A DNA stretch of 64,000 nt, taken from contig NC_083413.1 of assembly GCF_020745735.1 (NCBI RefSeq), forward strand, positions 20,274,001-20,338,000, given 5' to 3'. Shown one piece after another: positions 34,401-48,425 of this stretch. The notes beneath the pieces were generated by a model. It was not told the DNA's origin and did not search any database. It saw nothing but the letters and a program-made list of their open reading frames with translations. The stretch is from Hemiscyllium ocellatum (Eukaryota). Made by a program: the position numbers and the translations under genes. The first letter of the stretch is position 1. Every line of letters begins with the position of its first letter.

Positions 34401-37400
34401 CACAGAACCGATTCTGCCGAGAAAATTCACAAAATAGTGCAGGTGATGAAAGAGGCGACAATAAAGGTTGTGGTTGGATTTCTGCATGGCACCGATATGC
34501 GAGTGTTAATTAAGGAGATATTGCGCCAAAACGTAACGGGGATACAATGGATTGGGAGTGAAGGGTGGATTACAGAAGATATATTCTCACCTGAAGAGAG
34601 AGTAAGGTTTCTCACTGGGGCCATTGGTCCAGCCACCCGTAGGACAGAAGTAGCCGGCCTCAGAGATCACCTTCTAAAAATACATCCTTCTAGGTTTCCT
34701 GACAGCGTTTTCGTGAAGACGTTTTGGGAGACTCTATTTTCGTGCTCTTTAACAATGGGCAACGCAACAGAGACTCGAAGTTCTACATTCCAACTGCGGT
34801 CATGCACAGGGAATGAACATTTGAATGGGTTAGAAAATGCCTATCTTCCAGCTATCATGGACGGAAGTTCCTACCATGTGTACAAAGCGGTTTATGCTGT
34901 CGCACATGCACTTGACGATATGCTATCCTGTGAAGAAGGCAATGGCCCGTTTATGAATAATGCTTGTGCTCACATTTCAAGATTTCAACCCTGGCAGGTA
35001 GGAAAATATTTAATTTTGTTTCAGATAGAGCCCACTAACGCCGTCAAGCATGAATGTGTGTACTGTTCGACTTTCAATTGTAGTTTTTTTAAAGGCTCCC
35101 TTTTCGCAACCAATCTTATTTGGATGGACCCAATGTTCCCTCAGAGAATGAAAGAAAAACACACCAATAGCGCAAGTCTGTTCCAATATATAATTTGGAT
35201 ATGAGAAATATGGAAAATTCGCTTAAAACAGAAAGTTGGTATCAAATCGAATAGGATGTCCTTGCAAAGACCTCCAAATCCGTAAGCCCTTCAGTAGCAT
35301 CCTACAGACAAAGAGGGACTTGTGAAGGTCAGGCACTGCTGTGATGTTGAAAGCAATAAAAACCCTGTATAGTTCCCAATAACATGCCACAAATAACATC
35401 AGAGTATCGGTCCTAGTTTTTGTTCTGCAGTAGACAGTGGAGAGTTTCAGGGTGTTGTTTGGGCCTTAATTCTCAGTAGAGTGCTTAATTTGAAACATGT
35501 CCTTCCAACAATTCAGCACTCCCTGGCAGCTATTCTGCGCTGTCAGAAAAAAAACCTCTTTATTGGATATAATGTCCACATTTTCTCAATCAGAGCAATT
35601 CTGAGTACGAGGATCAGAAACTTACAAAAATGTAGGATGGATCCCTAAGCATTGTTTGTTTCCCTCCAGATGACAGTTTGTGATAGCGTTCCTTTCTAAC
35701 TTCAGTGTTCATTTGCTGAAATGAGTTTAAATTAATTTTAATGTATGGATCCAGCTGACGGCCAAAGATCTACATGTCTGGCATTGTTTCCCTATAGCTG
35801 CTGCATTACCTTCAGTTGGTAACTTTCACTGCTAAGACGGGAGAAGTCGTATATTTTGACGAAAATGGTGATCCAGTCCCGACGTATGATATAGTAAATT
35901 TACAAATGCGAACGGAAGGTTCGCTTGAAATTGTAAATGTTGGATATTATGAAGGATCAGCGCCAGAGGGACAAGAACTTGTCCTGAATATCGATGATAT
36001 CGTGTGGAGCTCCACTGATAAGCAGGTATGATCCTTATAATTTGCACTGAGAAGTCATGGCAAAAATTGAAATTTATATGTGAAAAAATTGGAAAGAAGC
36101 TGCATGTGCTCTTATGTATCATTAGACCATGAGCATCACAGGCAAGGCCTTATTTTCCCTTCTTATAGCTTTGCATACAACTGAAGAGTTTTCTAGGCTA
36201 CTTCTTTTAATCTTAACTCTTCCTCTACCAGTAAAGCATAACGTTTTGCTCCTGCTTTTCACAATGAGTATTCTGTACAGTTCAACAGATAGGAATGCAG
36301 TTTTCATTCTCCACTTCTGATTACCTTTTTGTTTGCAAAACATCTGACATGAAATAAATCATGTTTTTGTCAAGATTTTGGATTCCCATTTTAATTCTTA
36401 TCTGGAAATAAGGATATTTCTGTGTTCATTATGTATATCGAATCAGAGAATTAACAGTCAAGAAGACAAATGACTGGATTCAAAATAGTTGGCTCTGTTT
36501 CCTCATCGTAGACATTGATAGACCTATTATTTTTCTCCAGGAAGTTCTGTACCTGTTTGTTGTAGCCAATCGTCAAGTTTGCTTTCTTTCCAAGTGGTGA
36601 GCTGATAGGAGGATTTTAAAATTGTGAAAGGCCTTGATGGAATTAACATACAAAAAATACAAGCTCTTGAATTCATAAATACGGTTAACACACCGATGGA
36701 ACTATAAGAAAGGAAAATAAATAAAGGCCTTGTCAGTGATGCTCATGGTCTAATGATGCACAAAAGCACATACAGCTTCTTTTCATGCCTCCAATATTCT
36801 CATCCAAATCGTTTATATGAATGGCAAACAACTGTGGAACCAAGATCTTTGTGGTACACTGCTGGTCATAGGCATCAAGTCCGAAAGACGACTCTCTAGC
36901 ACCACATTCAGTTAACTATTGCCAGGCCACTTTTGTAGCCATTTGGCTAGTTTTCACTGGATTGTGTGTAAACTAACCTTACCAAACAGACTACCATGCA
37001 GAATCTTATCGAAGTCCTTAATAAGGTCCATGTTCCCAAATGTCTCCCTCCATCTATCTTCATGGTCAAGTCTTAAAAAAAAACTCAAGTACGTTTGTAA
37101 GACACAATTTCCACCCACAACGCTTTGCTGACTACTCCTATTAATTCCTTGCTTTAGTAAATACATTTAAGTCTTGTCTTTCAAAATCCCCTCCACCAAC
37201 TTACCTCTGACATCAGGCTCACCAGCTGACAGTTACTTAGATTTTCCTTGTAGCCTTTCTTAAATAATGGCACAATATTAGTCCCCCTTCTGTCTTCCAT
37301 CTCCTCATCCTCGGCTGTTGATGATACAAACATCCCCAATAAAGGGCCCATAATTTCTTCCTTCATTTCCCAAAACGTCCTTGATAGACTTCATCACCTT

Positions 37401-40400
37401 CTGGGGATTTACTTACCTTTCCTTATTTTAAGATCTCCGCTTATGTAATTTTGGACTCTATGCAAGTCATTATTACTTATTTTCCCAAATTTCCGAGCTT
37501 CCATGTCTTTCTTCATAGTGAATACTGACATGAAACATTCATTTCGGATATTACTAATCTTCTGCAGTTCGTCACATAGATTGCCTCAATGGTCTTTAAT
37601 GGGGCCTTTTCTCGTCTTAGTTATTCTTTTACCCTTAATATACTTGCACAATTTCTTTGGATTCTCATATACCTTATCTGTCAAGATTACCTGATGCCCC
37701 ACTTTTGCCCTCCTGACTTCTCTCAAGTGTACTCCTACACTACCTAAATTAATGAAGGGATTAACATGATCACAGCTGTCTGTAGGTGACATATGCGTAC
37801 TTTGTTATCTTGACCAGTACCTCAATATCTCTAATCATCCTGTTTTTGCTTACATCTGCCAGCTTTGTCCTTACATACAGGAACATACTATCCCTGAACT
37901 CTCAATATTTCACCTTGGAGAGTTCCCCACTTGGGAGACATTCCTTTACCTGCAAGCAGCCTACCAAGTTAACTTTTCAAAGTTCTTGTCTGATACCATC
38001 AAAATTGCTCTTGCCTCAGTTCAGAGGTTTAACTTGTGGGCCAGGCCTATTCTTTCCCATAACAATTTTGAAGCTCGAGAATTATGGTCACTGGTCCCAA
38101 AGTGCTACCCCACTAACATCTCAGATTCTTGCCATACCTCATTTCTGAAAAGGAGGCTGACTTTTGTCCCTTCTCTAATGAGTCCATCTACATTTTGATC
38201 GAAAACATTTTCTTGAACAAACTTAACAAATTCCTGCCCATCCAAACCCTTAACCCAATAGCAGTCCCAGACCGTTTGGGAAGTTAAAATCCCCTTCTAC
38301 TCCAACCTTATTATCCTGACAGCTGTTTGATATATCCTTCCATATGTGTGCCTCAATTTCCCTCTGACTACTTTGCAGCCTATAGTACATTCTCTTCAAA
38401 GTGATCAACCCCTTCCAATATCTCAGTTGCAGCCATATATCTTCACTGGACAATCTTTCAGGAATATCATCGCTCAGTATTGCCTTAATGTTTTCCCAAA
38501 TCAGGAACACCATTCCCCTTCCTCTCTTGCCTTCCTATCCTTCCAAGGGATTTGTACCCTGAAATATTGAGCTACCAGTGCTGCCCCACCCTCAGCCATG
38601 TTTATGCAATAGCTATAATATGCCAGTCACATGTTTAATCCACGCCATGAATTCATCTGTCTTACCTGTCAGGCCTTTTGCTCTGAAATTAATACATGTT
38701 AATTCACCAATATTTTCTCATTCTCTGCTTTGCTGTTGCCTGCCTTGTCCATACAACTTGCTCTCTTTAACTTCTGCCCAACATTAATCTCCTGTTTTGT
38801 CTTCCTACTACTTAAGGTCCTACCCTCGTGTCAGACCAGTTTAAATCCTGCTGAGTAGCTCTCGCATATCAGCCCATCAGGATATTGGTCCCCATCCAGT
38901 TCAGGTGTGACCTTACTCTCTTGCACATGTCACTTTGACCCCAGGAGAGATCCGAATGTCCCAAAAATGTGAATCCCTTCCCACTACACCAACCCTTCTG
39001 CCACACATTCTTCTGACCTATTTGTTATTCCTACTCCCACTCGTACATGGCATGGGGAGTAAGCCAGATATTACTCCCACTGAGGTCCTTTTTTATAAGC
39101 TCTGGCCTAGTTCCCTGTATTCCATAGCAGGACTTCATCCCTTTTTCTACATATGTCTCAGATACCAATATGTGTAATGACTTCAGGCTGCTTACATTTA
39201 CCTATGTGGGATTTTCTGCAACTGCTCTGAGATGCTCTTAACCGTGGCACTAAGGAGACAACACACCATCCTAGAACATCGCCAGTGGCCACAGAATTAC
39301 CAACTGCGTCGCTGACTCGATTAACTATCACAATTACTCTCACAACTATGATGTTGTGGCCATAATGAAGACATGGATTTCACAGGGGCAGGAATGATTG
39401 CTGGATGTTCCAGCGATTAGGTGTTATAAAAAGAACAGGGAGGAAGGTAAAAAAAATGAGGGGGTGTAGCATTGTTAATTAGAGAGTGCATCACAGCTGC
39501 AGAAAAGATAGTTGTTGCGGAGCGTTTGTCTACCAAGTCATTATGGGTGGAAGTAAGTAACAGGAAAGGAACAGGCACTTTATTTGGTGCTTTCTATAGA
39601 CTCCACAATAGCAGCAGAGAGATGGAAGAACAGATGGGACAACAAATCTTCGAAAGGTGTAGATGTAACAGATTTGTTATTATGGGTAATTCAACTCCCT
39701 AATATTGATTGGAACCTCCTTAGTGCTGATGATCTGGATTGAGCCGATTTTGTCATGAGTGTCCAGGAAGGATTCGGGACTCAATATATAGATAGGCCAA
39801 CGGAGTGGGGTGGGGCATGTTGAGAGACCATATTGCATTTGGTGCTATGCAACAAGCCAGGCTGGGTGTCGGATCTCTCAGTGGGAGAGCATTTTGTGAC
39901 AGTGACAACTGCTTCATGCTTACCATAGCCATGGAGAAGGATAGGAACAGACCATGTGGGAAGGTATTTAAGTAGGAGAGGAGATTAGACAGGAGTTTTG
40001 GAGCATAAATTGGCAACAGTTGTTCTAAAGGTAATGCACAACTGAAATGTGGAGGCTATTTAAGGAACACTTGTGAGTGTTGGATAACTTTGTCCCACTG
40101 AAACGGGCAAGGAATGAAAAGGTGAAGGAGCCTTGGATGACAAGAGAAGAGGGACCTCTCGTCCAGAGGAGGAAGGAAGCTTACTTAAGGTTGATGAAGC
40201 AAGGGTCTGGCACAACATTAGAGGATTACAGTGTAACTAGGAAAGATCTCAAAAATTGACAAGAGTGCTAGGAGTGGTAAGGTGTAGGAATGGTAAGGCG
40301 AAGGAGCCTTGGATGACAAGAGAAGAGGAACCTCTCGTCAAGAGGAGGAAGGAAGCTTACTCAAGGTGGATGAAGCAAGGATCTGGCACAACTTTAGAGG

Positions 40401-43400
40401 ATTACAGTGTAACTAGGAAAGATCTCAAAAAATGACTTAAGAGTGCTAGGAGTGGGCACGAGAAAGAGTTGGTAGGAATGATTAGGAAGGCATTCTAGTT
40501 TATGTGAGGAATATGAAAATGGTCAGATTGAGGGTAGGGCTGCTCAGAGATAGTGGAAGGAACTTGTGCCTGGACTCTGAAGAGGTCAGGGTGTCCCAAG
40601 TTAGTTTTTTGCTTCAGTGTTCACTAGAGAGAGGGACTTTGTTGATAATGGGAACGTCATGGCCCAGATTACTAGGCTTGAACAGACTGATATTTTAAAA
40701 AAAGTGGATGTGCTGGAAATTCTGGGAAGCATCAAGAAAGATAAGTCCCCATGGCCAGACCAGATATATCCAAGGTTACCACAGGAAGCGAAGGAATAAG
40801 ATTGCTGCGCCTCTGGCAATGATATTTGCATCATCACTCTCCACAGCAGTAATATCAGGTGATTGGAGGGAGGCGAATGTTGTTCCTTTGTTAAAGAAAG
40901 GGGTTAGGGAAATCCGTAGGAATTACTAACTAGTCCGTCTTATGCCTGTGGTAAATCTGATACTAGAGAGGATTTTGAGAGATAGGATTTCTGACTATTT
41001 GGAAAATATAGCTTGAGTAAAAATAGTCAGCATGGCTTTGTGAGAGGAGTTCATGCCTCACAAGCCTTATTGAGTTCTTTGAGGATGTGATGAGACAAGT
41101 TGACTAAGGTTGAGCAGTGGTTGTGGTATATATGGATTTCAGTTAGTTATTTGATAAGGTTCCCCAAGATAGACTCATTCAGAAAGTTAGGAGATATGGA
41201 ATACAGGAACATTTGTCCATGTGGATACAGAATTAGGACATAGAACATCGAACATTACAGTGCAGTAGAGGCCCTTTGGCCTTCAATGTTGTGCTGACCT
41301 GTGAAATCAATCTGAAGCCCATCTAACCGATAGTGCTCCATTTTCATTCATATGTCTATCTAATGACCAGTTAAATGTCCTTAAACTTAGCAAAGCTGAA
41401 AATGTGTTGCTGGTTAAAGCACAGCAGGTTAGGCAGCATCTCAGGAATAGGGAATTCGACGTTTCGAGCATAAACCCTTCATCAGGAACGAGAGAGAGTA
41501 GCCAAGCAGGCTAAGATAAAAGGTAGGGAGGAGGGACTGGGGGAGGGGCGATGGAGGTGGGATAGGTGGAAGGAGGTCAAGGTGAGGGTGATAGGCTGGA
41601 GTGGGGTGGGGGCGGAGAGGTCAGTAAGGAGATTGCAGGTTAGGAGGGCGGTGCTGAGTTGAGGGAACCGACTGAGACAAGGTGGGGGGAGGGGAAATGA
41701 GGAAACTGGAGAAATCTGAATTCATACCTTGTGGTTGGAGGGTTCCCAGGCGGAAGATGAGGCGCTCCTCCTCCAGCCATCGTGTTGTTATGTTCTGCCG
41801 GCGGAGGAGTCCAAGGACCTGCATGTCCTCGGTGGAGTTTAGCAAGTCAACTATTGTTGCAGGCAGTGCATTCCATGCCCCTACTATTCTCTGTGCAAAG
41901 AAACTACTTCTAACATCTGTCCTATATCCATCACCCCTCAATTTAATGCTATTCCCCCTCGTGCTAGCCATCATCATCGACGAAAAAAAGCTCTCATTGT
42001 CCACCCTATCTAACCCTCCAATTATCTTTTATATCATAATTATGTCAACTCTCAACCTTTCTCTCTCCAACGAAAACAACCTCAAATCCCCCAGGCTTTC
42101 CTCGTAAGACCTTTCCTCCATATCAGGCGGCATCCTAGTAAATCTCCTCTGAACCCTTTCCAAAGCTTTCACATCCTTCCTATAATGTGGTATATACAAT
42201 GGTTGGCCGAAAGAAAATAGCACATGATAGTGGATGGAAAGCGCTCTGTCTGGAGGTCAGCGACCAATGGTGACCCGCTAGGAGCTGTCCTTGGGCCTCT
42301 GCTCTTTGTAATTTTTGAAGTAGTGGAAGTGCGGGGTTATTAAGTTTGCCGATGACACAAAGATCGGTGGTGCTGTACATTGTGTTCAGGGCTGTTGGAG
42401 GTTTCAACAAGACGTTGACAGGACGCAGAGCTCGGCTGAGAAGTGGCAGATGGAGTTAAACTTGGATAAATGTGAAATGGCTTATTTTGGAAGATCGAAT
42501 TTGAATGCTGAACACTGGTTTAAAGAGAGGATTCTTGGCAGTGAGGAGGAAAAGCGGGATCTTGGGGATCCACATACATAGATCCTTCAAAGTTGCCACC
42601 CAAATTGATAGGGCTGTCAAAACGGTGTGTGGAATTTTGGCTTGCCTTAACAGGGGGATTGAGTTAAAGAGCCTCGAGGTTTTGTTGCAGCTCTATAAAA
42701 CCATGGGTAGACCACAATTGGAATATTGTGTACAGTTCTGTTCACCTCATTATTGGAAGGATGTAGATGCTATAGAGATGATGTAGAGGACATTTACCAA
42801 AATGCTGATTGGATTGAAGGGCTTGTCTTATGTAGAGAGGTTGACGGAGCTAGAGCTTTTCACACTGGACAGATGAAGGAAGAGAGGTGAATTGACAGAG
42901 GTGTGCATGGTAGTGAGAGGCATAGATAAAGTAGACAGCCAGAGACTTTTCCTCCTGGCACAAATGACTGTCACGAGGGGTCACAATTTTAAGGTGAATG
43001 GAGGAAGGTATGGTGCAGATGTCAGAGGTAGTTCCTTTACACAGAGAGCTTTGGGTGCGTGGAATGCACTGCCAGTGTTGGCAGTAGAGTTAGAAACATT
43101 AGGGACATTTAAGAGACTACTGGACAAGCACATGGACCGCAATGAATTGAGGCATATGTACTTTAGGTTGATCTTGGATTAAGGTAAATGCTTGACACAA
43201 AATCGTGGGCTGAAGGGCCTGTTTTGTGCTACACCATTCCATGTTCTAATGGCATGCGTGGACTCTTCCATACCCCGCCATAGTCATACGAGACTCTTGC
43301 ACTATCTGCATTGTTGTCACTTGTCTTCCTAACTATGCCTGCGGTGTGACCACTTCTCTCAAGCTACTCCGTGATCTCCCACATCTGACAGATAGAGCAT

Positions 43401-45252
43401 ACCACTCACGCCATCTCTACCCCATTGACAAAACAGATTTCTCGGGGTGGGGGTGAGGGTGGGGAATGGGTCTTGGGGGGGAAGGCGTCTGATCTAACCT
43501 TTGCCATGTAGCAGCTCGCCATCCTCAATAAAGTCTGGTTTTCACCTAGATCCGCTCATTTTAAAACAAAATATCTGTTAAGTAAAATGGCAGTTGTCAT
43601 TGCAGGGCTTCATAAAAGTTCACAATGATCCGTGTGAGTCGTTGGGCAGAAAAAGATTTAAGCCTAATCATTGTCAAGAAAACATTCTTGTATCTTCTCC
43701 TACAAGTACCACAGCCAGCTGGTGCTGGTACATCTCCAGCGTTGTTGGCAGGAAGTTCAATGACTTTGATTCAATGTGAATGAAATAAGAGCAATAAATT
43801 GTCAAATCAAAGCTCTGTGTGACTTGGATTGCAACTTCCACTGGCAGAAGTTTAGCCAATCCTGGAGCGAATGAAACAGATTTAAAAGGCAACACCTAGA
43901 GAATTGTCATGATCTTAAATGCACTGCTTGAGGGAATGGTAGCAACACATCGAACAGTCAACATTAAAAAAGACTATTGGTTCAAGATTTTAAGGGTAAA
44001 CGTACAGTTCACAGTGGAAGAGTAGGCTACCCGGTCTTGCAGTATACCTCTCTTGACGGCAAAGTACGAAAATTTCCACGTGTGTTACGCTGTGAATCTA
44101 TTATGTGGATAACATGGCATTATTTCCTTTGTTTTAGATTCCACGTGCGCTTTGCTCAGAACCCTGTCCTCCTGGAAAAAGAAAGGTCAGCAGGAAAGGT
44201 CAGCCAATATGTTGTTTTGACTGCGCAGAGTGCGGCGATGGTGAGATCAGCAACACCACAGGTATGCATGGCGGGACCGAATACCATGTTAGCTCGTGAC
44301 AATATCATTTTCATAATAAAAGGAAGATTCTTTCATTCTTTCAGATTCCATCGATTGCGTCAAGTGTCCTTTGGAATACTGGTCGAATCAGCAAAAAGAT
44401 CGATGTGTTCCCAAAAAGATTGAATTCCTTTCCTTTGAAGAAGTTCTCGCTTACGTCTTAGTGGCACTTGCTTTCATGGGAGCGTGTCTTGCACTGGCTA
44501 CAGCTATTATATTCTTCCAGTATCGGGAAACTCCTATCGTTCGAGCGAACAATTCGGAACTGAGCTTCCTCCTTCTCTTTGCACTAACGCTTTGCTTCCT
44601 GTGCTCACTTACCTTCATTGGGAAACCGACCGGATGGTCCTGCATGTTGCGGCGGACTGCATTTGCAATTGTATTTGTTCTCTGTATTTCCTGTATTTTG
44701 GGGAAAACTATTCTTGTTGTGGTCGCTTTTAAATCAACTCTTCCCAACAACAACTTGATGAACTGGTTTGGACCCATGCAGCAACGGTTAGGAGTATTCG
44801 TCCTCACATTTCTTCAAGGTTTAATTTGCACAATCTGGCTCATTGTATCACCTCCCTATCCAGTGAAAAACATGGCGTATTATAGAGACATTATTATCTT
44901 GGAATGTGACGTGGGCTCTTTAAAAGCCTTTTATTTTGTATCCAGTTATATTGGTCTTCTCTGCACTGTTTGCTTTCTGTTAGCTTTTCTTGCCCGGAAA
45001 CTTCCAGATAATTTCAATGACGCGAAGTATATAACTTTCAGTATGCTGATCTTCTGTGCTGTTTGGATCACTTTTATTCCGGCTTATGTCAGCTCTCCTG
45101 GGAAGTACACGGTGGCCGTCGAAGTGTTTGCCATTTGGGCGTCAAGCTTTGGTTTACTTGTCTGCATTTTTGCTCCAAAATGTTACATTATCTTAGTGAA
45201 ACCGGAAAATAATACAAAGAAAAATATGATGGGCAGAGGGTCTCCACTGTAG
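31239..45252 (+). CDS. V2R/OlfC gene C, 6 exons, 864 aa
   Basis: join(31239..31447,32974..33265,34164..34997,35798..36025,44138..44261,44345..45252); GT-AG introns; exon sizes identical to gene B; open frame. Confidence 0.95.
31866..32360 (+). mobile_element. CR1 LINE 3' end (young)
   Basis: [34 protein letters not shown], plus the 3'UTR shared with 50615-51095 and 59076-60110. Confidence 0.9.
32974..33265 (+). CDS. V2R gene C exon 2
   Basis: tgcag|TTTTGAC..GIPL|gt; 292 nt. Confidence 0.93.
33330..33632 (-). mobile_element. Old V-SINE in intron 2, shared with genes B (12362-12586) and D (55100-55410)
   Basis: tRNA head GGTGGCACGGAAGCTCAGTGGTTAGCACTGCTG on - strand at the same intron position in all three paralogs. 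Confidence 0.7.
34164..34997 (+). CDS. V2R gene C exon 3
   Basis: ttgcag|ATC..FQPWQ|gtagga; 834 nt. Confidence 0.93.
35798..36025 (+). CDS. V2R gene C exon 4
   Basis: tatag|[20 protein letters not shown]|gt; 228 nt. Confidence 0.93.
36770..39343 (-). mobile_element. Degenerate CR1 LINE (ORF1 esterase remnant, endonuclease, RT part)
   Basis: On - strand: ..QPEVITHIG (ORF1 SGNH-like), YYR..S.RE..GDFNFP (EN), KYIKGKR, N.VPLFKKG..N...VSL, MD..K.FDK..H (RT). Confidence 0.8.
40110..40455 (+). repeat. ~176-bp tandem duplication inside CR1
   Basis: GAAGGAGCCTTGGATGACAAGAGAAGAG..GAGTGCTAGGAGTGG occurs at ~40124-40277 and ~40300-40455. Confidence 0.9.
41394..41838 (-). mobile_element. 5'-truncated PLE (GIY-YIG tail + pLTR) with 7-bp TSD TTAGCAA
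   Basis: [22 protein letters not shown] on - strand; TSD at 41387-41393 and 41839-41845. Confidence 0.88.
41455..41488 (-). ncRNA. Minimal hammerhead ribozyme motif, family 2, intact
   Basis: Reverse complement: TTC-CTGATGA-a-GGGT-ttat-GCTC-GAAA-C-GTC-GAA; stem I TTC/GAA, ACGT palindrome, GUC triplet. Confidence 0.78.
44138..44261 (+). CDS. V2R gene C exon 5
   Basis: [33 protein letters not shown]; 124 nt. Confidence 0.93.
44345..45252 (+). CDS. V2R gene C exon 6 (7TM)
   Basis: ttcag|[18 protein letters not shown]. Confidence 0.95.
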
Positions 45253-45589
45253 TACTTAGCTTCCTCTCTTTCTGCCCACAATATGTTCATTCTGGAAATT
45301 GTTGTTGCAATGTCAATATTCCTTGCATTCATTTTAAATATATTTGTGCTTTTGTTCTAATGAATACAAATGTAATTAATTTCGACATTGTATCAAGGTT
45401 ATGAAGCCTATTTTGTCGTCTGACTCATTGGCGACCTTTCATATTGGTCTGGATATGAATTCCATGCACAAGTTACACTTTTTACGTTGGCCTTACTATT
45501 CGTTCGTAATCATGTTCATTTAATTTATTACTTGGAGTAATTTTCTTCTCAGATTGCCTTTTTTTGATTAGCAGATGCACATTCTCCGC

Positions 45590-47645
45590 ATATTTTTGGA
45601 AGGAGTAACAGGAATGCAGACTAGTAGGCTACTGGTAAGCTTCTTGGTAGCGTAGGTGAGCAGAGGGTTCTCGGTGTCCAGGTACATAGTTGTCAACTAC
45701 GTTGATGGAGTTTTTAAAGAGGCACAGGATGTGTTAGCTTTTATTGACAGAGGGATTGAGTTTCGGAACCACGAGATCATGCTGCAGGTGTACAAAACTC
45801 TGGTGTAGTAGCACTTGGAGTATTGCGTACAATTCTGGTCACTGCATTATAGGAAGGATAGAGTCATAGAGATATACAGCACGGAAACATACCCTTCGGT
45901 CCAACCAGTCCATGCCGACCAGATATCCTTACCCAATCTGCTCCCACCTGCCAGCACCCTGCCCATATCCCTCCAAACGCTTCCTATTCATATACTCATC
46001 CAAATGCCTTTTAAATGTTGTAATTCTATCAGTCTCCACAACTTCCCCTGGCACCTCATTCCATACACGCACCACCCTCTGCGTGAAAACGTTGCCCCTC
46101 GGGTCTCTTTTATATCTTTACTCTCTCACCCTAAACATATGCTGTCTAATTCTGGACTCCCCGCCCCATTCCGCTCATGATTTTGTAAGCCTCTATGAGG
46201 TCATTCCTCAGCCTCCGACGCTCCAGGGAAAACAGCCCCAGCCTGTTCAGCCTCTCCCTATAACTCAAATCCTCCAACCCTGGCAACATCCTTGTGAATC
46301 TTATCTGAACCCTTTCGAGTTTCACAATATCTTTCTGATAGGAAGGAGACCAGAATTGCACGCAATATTTCAACAGTGGCCTAACCAATGTCCTGTACAG
46401 CCGCAACATAACCTCCCAACTCCTGTACTGAATACTCTGACCGATAAAAGAAAGCATACCAAACGCTTTCTTCACTATCCTATCTACCTGCGAATCCACT
46501 TTCAAGGAGCTATGAACTTTCAGTCCAAAGTCTCTTTGTTCAGCAACACTCCCTAGGACCTTGTCATTAAGTGTATAAGTCCTGCTAAAATTTGCTTTAT
46601 CAAAATGTAGGTTCACGAGGACAATTCCTGGAATGGCGGGATTACCTTACATGAAAGACTGAAGCGACTGGGCTTGAATACCCTTGAGTTTAGAAGACTG
46701 AGAGGGGTTCGGAATGGGACATATGAGATTATGAAAGGATTGGACAGTCTGGCAGCAGGAAACATGTTTCCGCTGATGGGTGAGTGTGGAACCAGAGGAC
46801 ATAGCTTAAAAATACGGGGTAGACCATTTAGGACAGAGATGAGGAGAAACTTCTTCACCCAGAGAGGGGTGGCTGTGTGGAATGCTCTGCCCCAGAGGGC
46901 AGTGGAGGCCCAGTATCTGGATTCATTTCAGAAAGAGTTGGATAGAGCTCTCAAAGATAGTGGAATCAAGGGCTATGGAGATAAGGCAGGAAGAGGATAC
47001 TAATTAGGAATGATCAGCCATGATCATTTTGAATGGCGATGCAGGCTCGAATGGCTGAATGGTCTACTCCTGCACCAATTGTCTATTGCCTATTGTCTAA
47101 CCTCACATTTACCTGAATTAAACTCCATTTGCCACTTCTCAGCCCATTGGCCCATCTGATGAGCAAGCTTTGGAAAGGATTCAGAAGAGGTTTACTAGGA
47201 TGTTGCCTGGTATGGAGGGAAGGTCTTACGAGGAAAAGCTGGGGGACTTGACGCTGTTTTTGTTTGAGAGAAGAAGGCTGAAAGGCGACTGAATTGAGAC
47301 ATATAAGATAATCAGGGGGTGAGAAGTGGTGGACAGTGACAGCAATGTTCCTCGAGTGGCAATGACTAGCACGAAGGGACATAGTTTTGAATTGAGGGGT
47401 GTTAGATATAGGACAGATGTCAGAGACAGTTTATTTACTCAGAAAGTGGTTGGAGCATGGAATGCACTGCCTGCAACAGTAGTAGACTCGCCAATTTTAA
47501 GGACATTTAAATGATCATTGGATAGACATATGGACGAAAATGGATTAGTGTAGGAAGGATGAGCTTCAGCCTGGTTTCACAGGTTGGCTCAACATCGAGG
47601 GCCAAATGGCCTGTACTGCGCTATAATGCTCTGTGTTGTATGTAA
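45590..47645. mobile_element. Three nested CR1 fragments
   Basis: A + copy (45590-45858, resuming ~47165-47645) contains a - copy (45859-46612, resuming ~47100-47160), which contains a + copy (46613-47098). Confidence 0.8.
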
Positions 47646-48425
47646 TGTTCTGCAATCAACCAAAAACGTCAAACACTGAAAACCTGAAGCAAAAACAGAT
47701 ATTGCTGCGCAAACTCAGTAAATCCAGTAATATCTATTAAAAGAAAACTGAGTTCACGCTTTGACTCCCATGACTTTCATGAGAATTGTTAATAGCTCGA
47801 AAATCCTGGTATTTGCGCCGAAGTCAGGGTGGGGAGTGAGTGGATATGTGGAGACCTAGTTGAGGCAGAGAGATATATGAAGGGGTCGGTGAACAAGAGA
47901 TGATGGCCAACACATTAGGAAAGAAGAAAAGCAGAATAACAGATAAGAAGGGCTGAGAGTGTGAAGATTGGTGAGATCTGCTGAACACAACTCTTAAAAA
48001 GTGATCATAGGCCTGGACGTTGGAGACACTGAATCACTGTGCTAAATGCAACGCATATCACGACAGGAAGCGGTGTGGCATGGGTACAAAACATGGAAGG
48101 ATGGAATCAGGCTCTAAAATTATTGAATTCCATGTTGAGACTGCGAAACCGCAGGCAGTCGAAGTGGACAATTATATTTAGGGGTTCTCGTGCACAGGTT
48201 ATGAACAAAAATACACGTTTAGCAGGTAATACAATGATAAATGGAAAGTTGCCCTGTGTTTTAAAAGTTCGAAAAGTGTGGCACTTGAACAGCACTGCAG
48301 GTCAGCCAGCAACCAAGGAGCAGGAGATTCTACGTTTTAGGCATAAGGCCTTCATCAGGAATTTGCGGGGCGTGGAGCGGGGTGGGGGAGGGGGAAGGGG
48401 TTGGGGGGTGAGAGAGAGGGGGAGG

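Larger units (their letters stand above)
41236..42190 (-). mobile_element. CR1 3' end nested in the + strand CR1
   Basis: On - strand [37 protein letters not shown]; (TTCTATG)-type tail at ~41240. Confidence 0.85.
39345..43250 (+). mobile_element. Degenerate CR1 ORF2 (EN-RT-3'UTR) interrupted by nested insertions
   Basis: [43 protein letters not shown]; resumes at ~42195 (WLAER.., KFADDTK, LEYCVQF). Confidence 0.85.
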
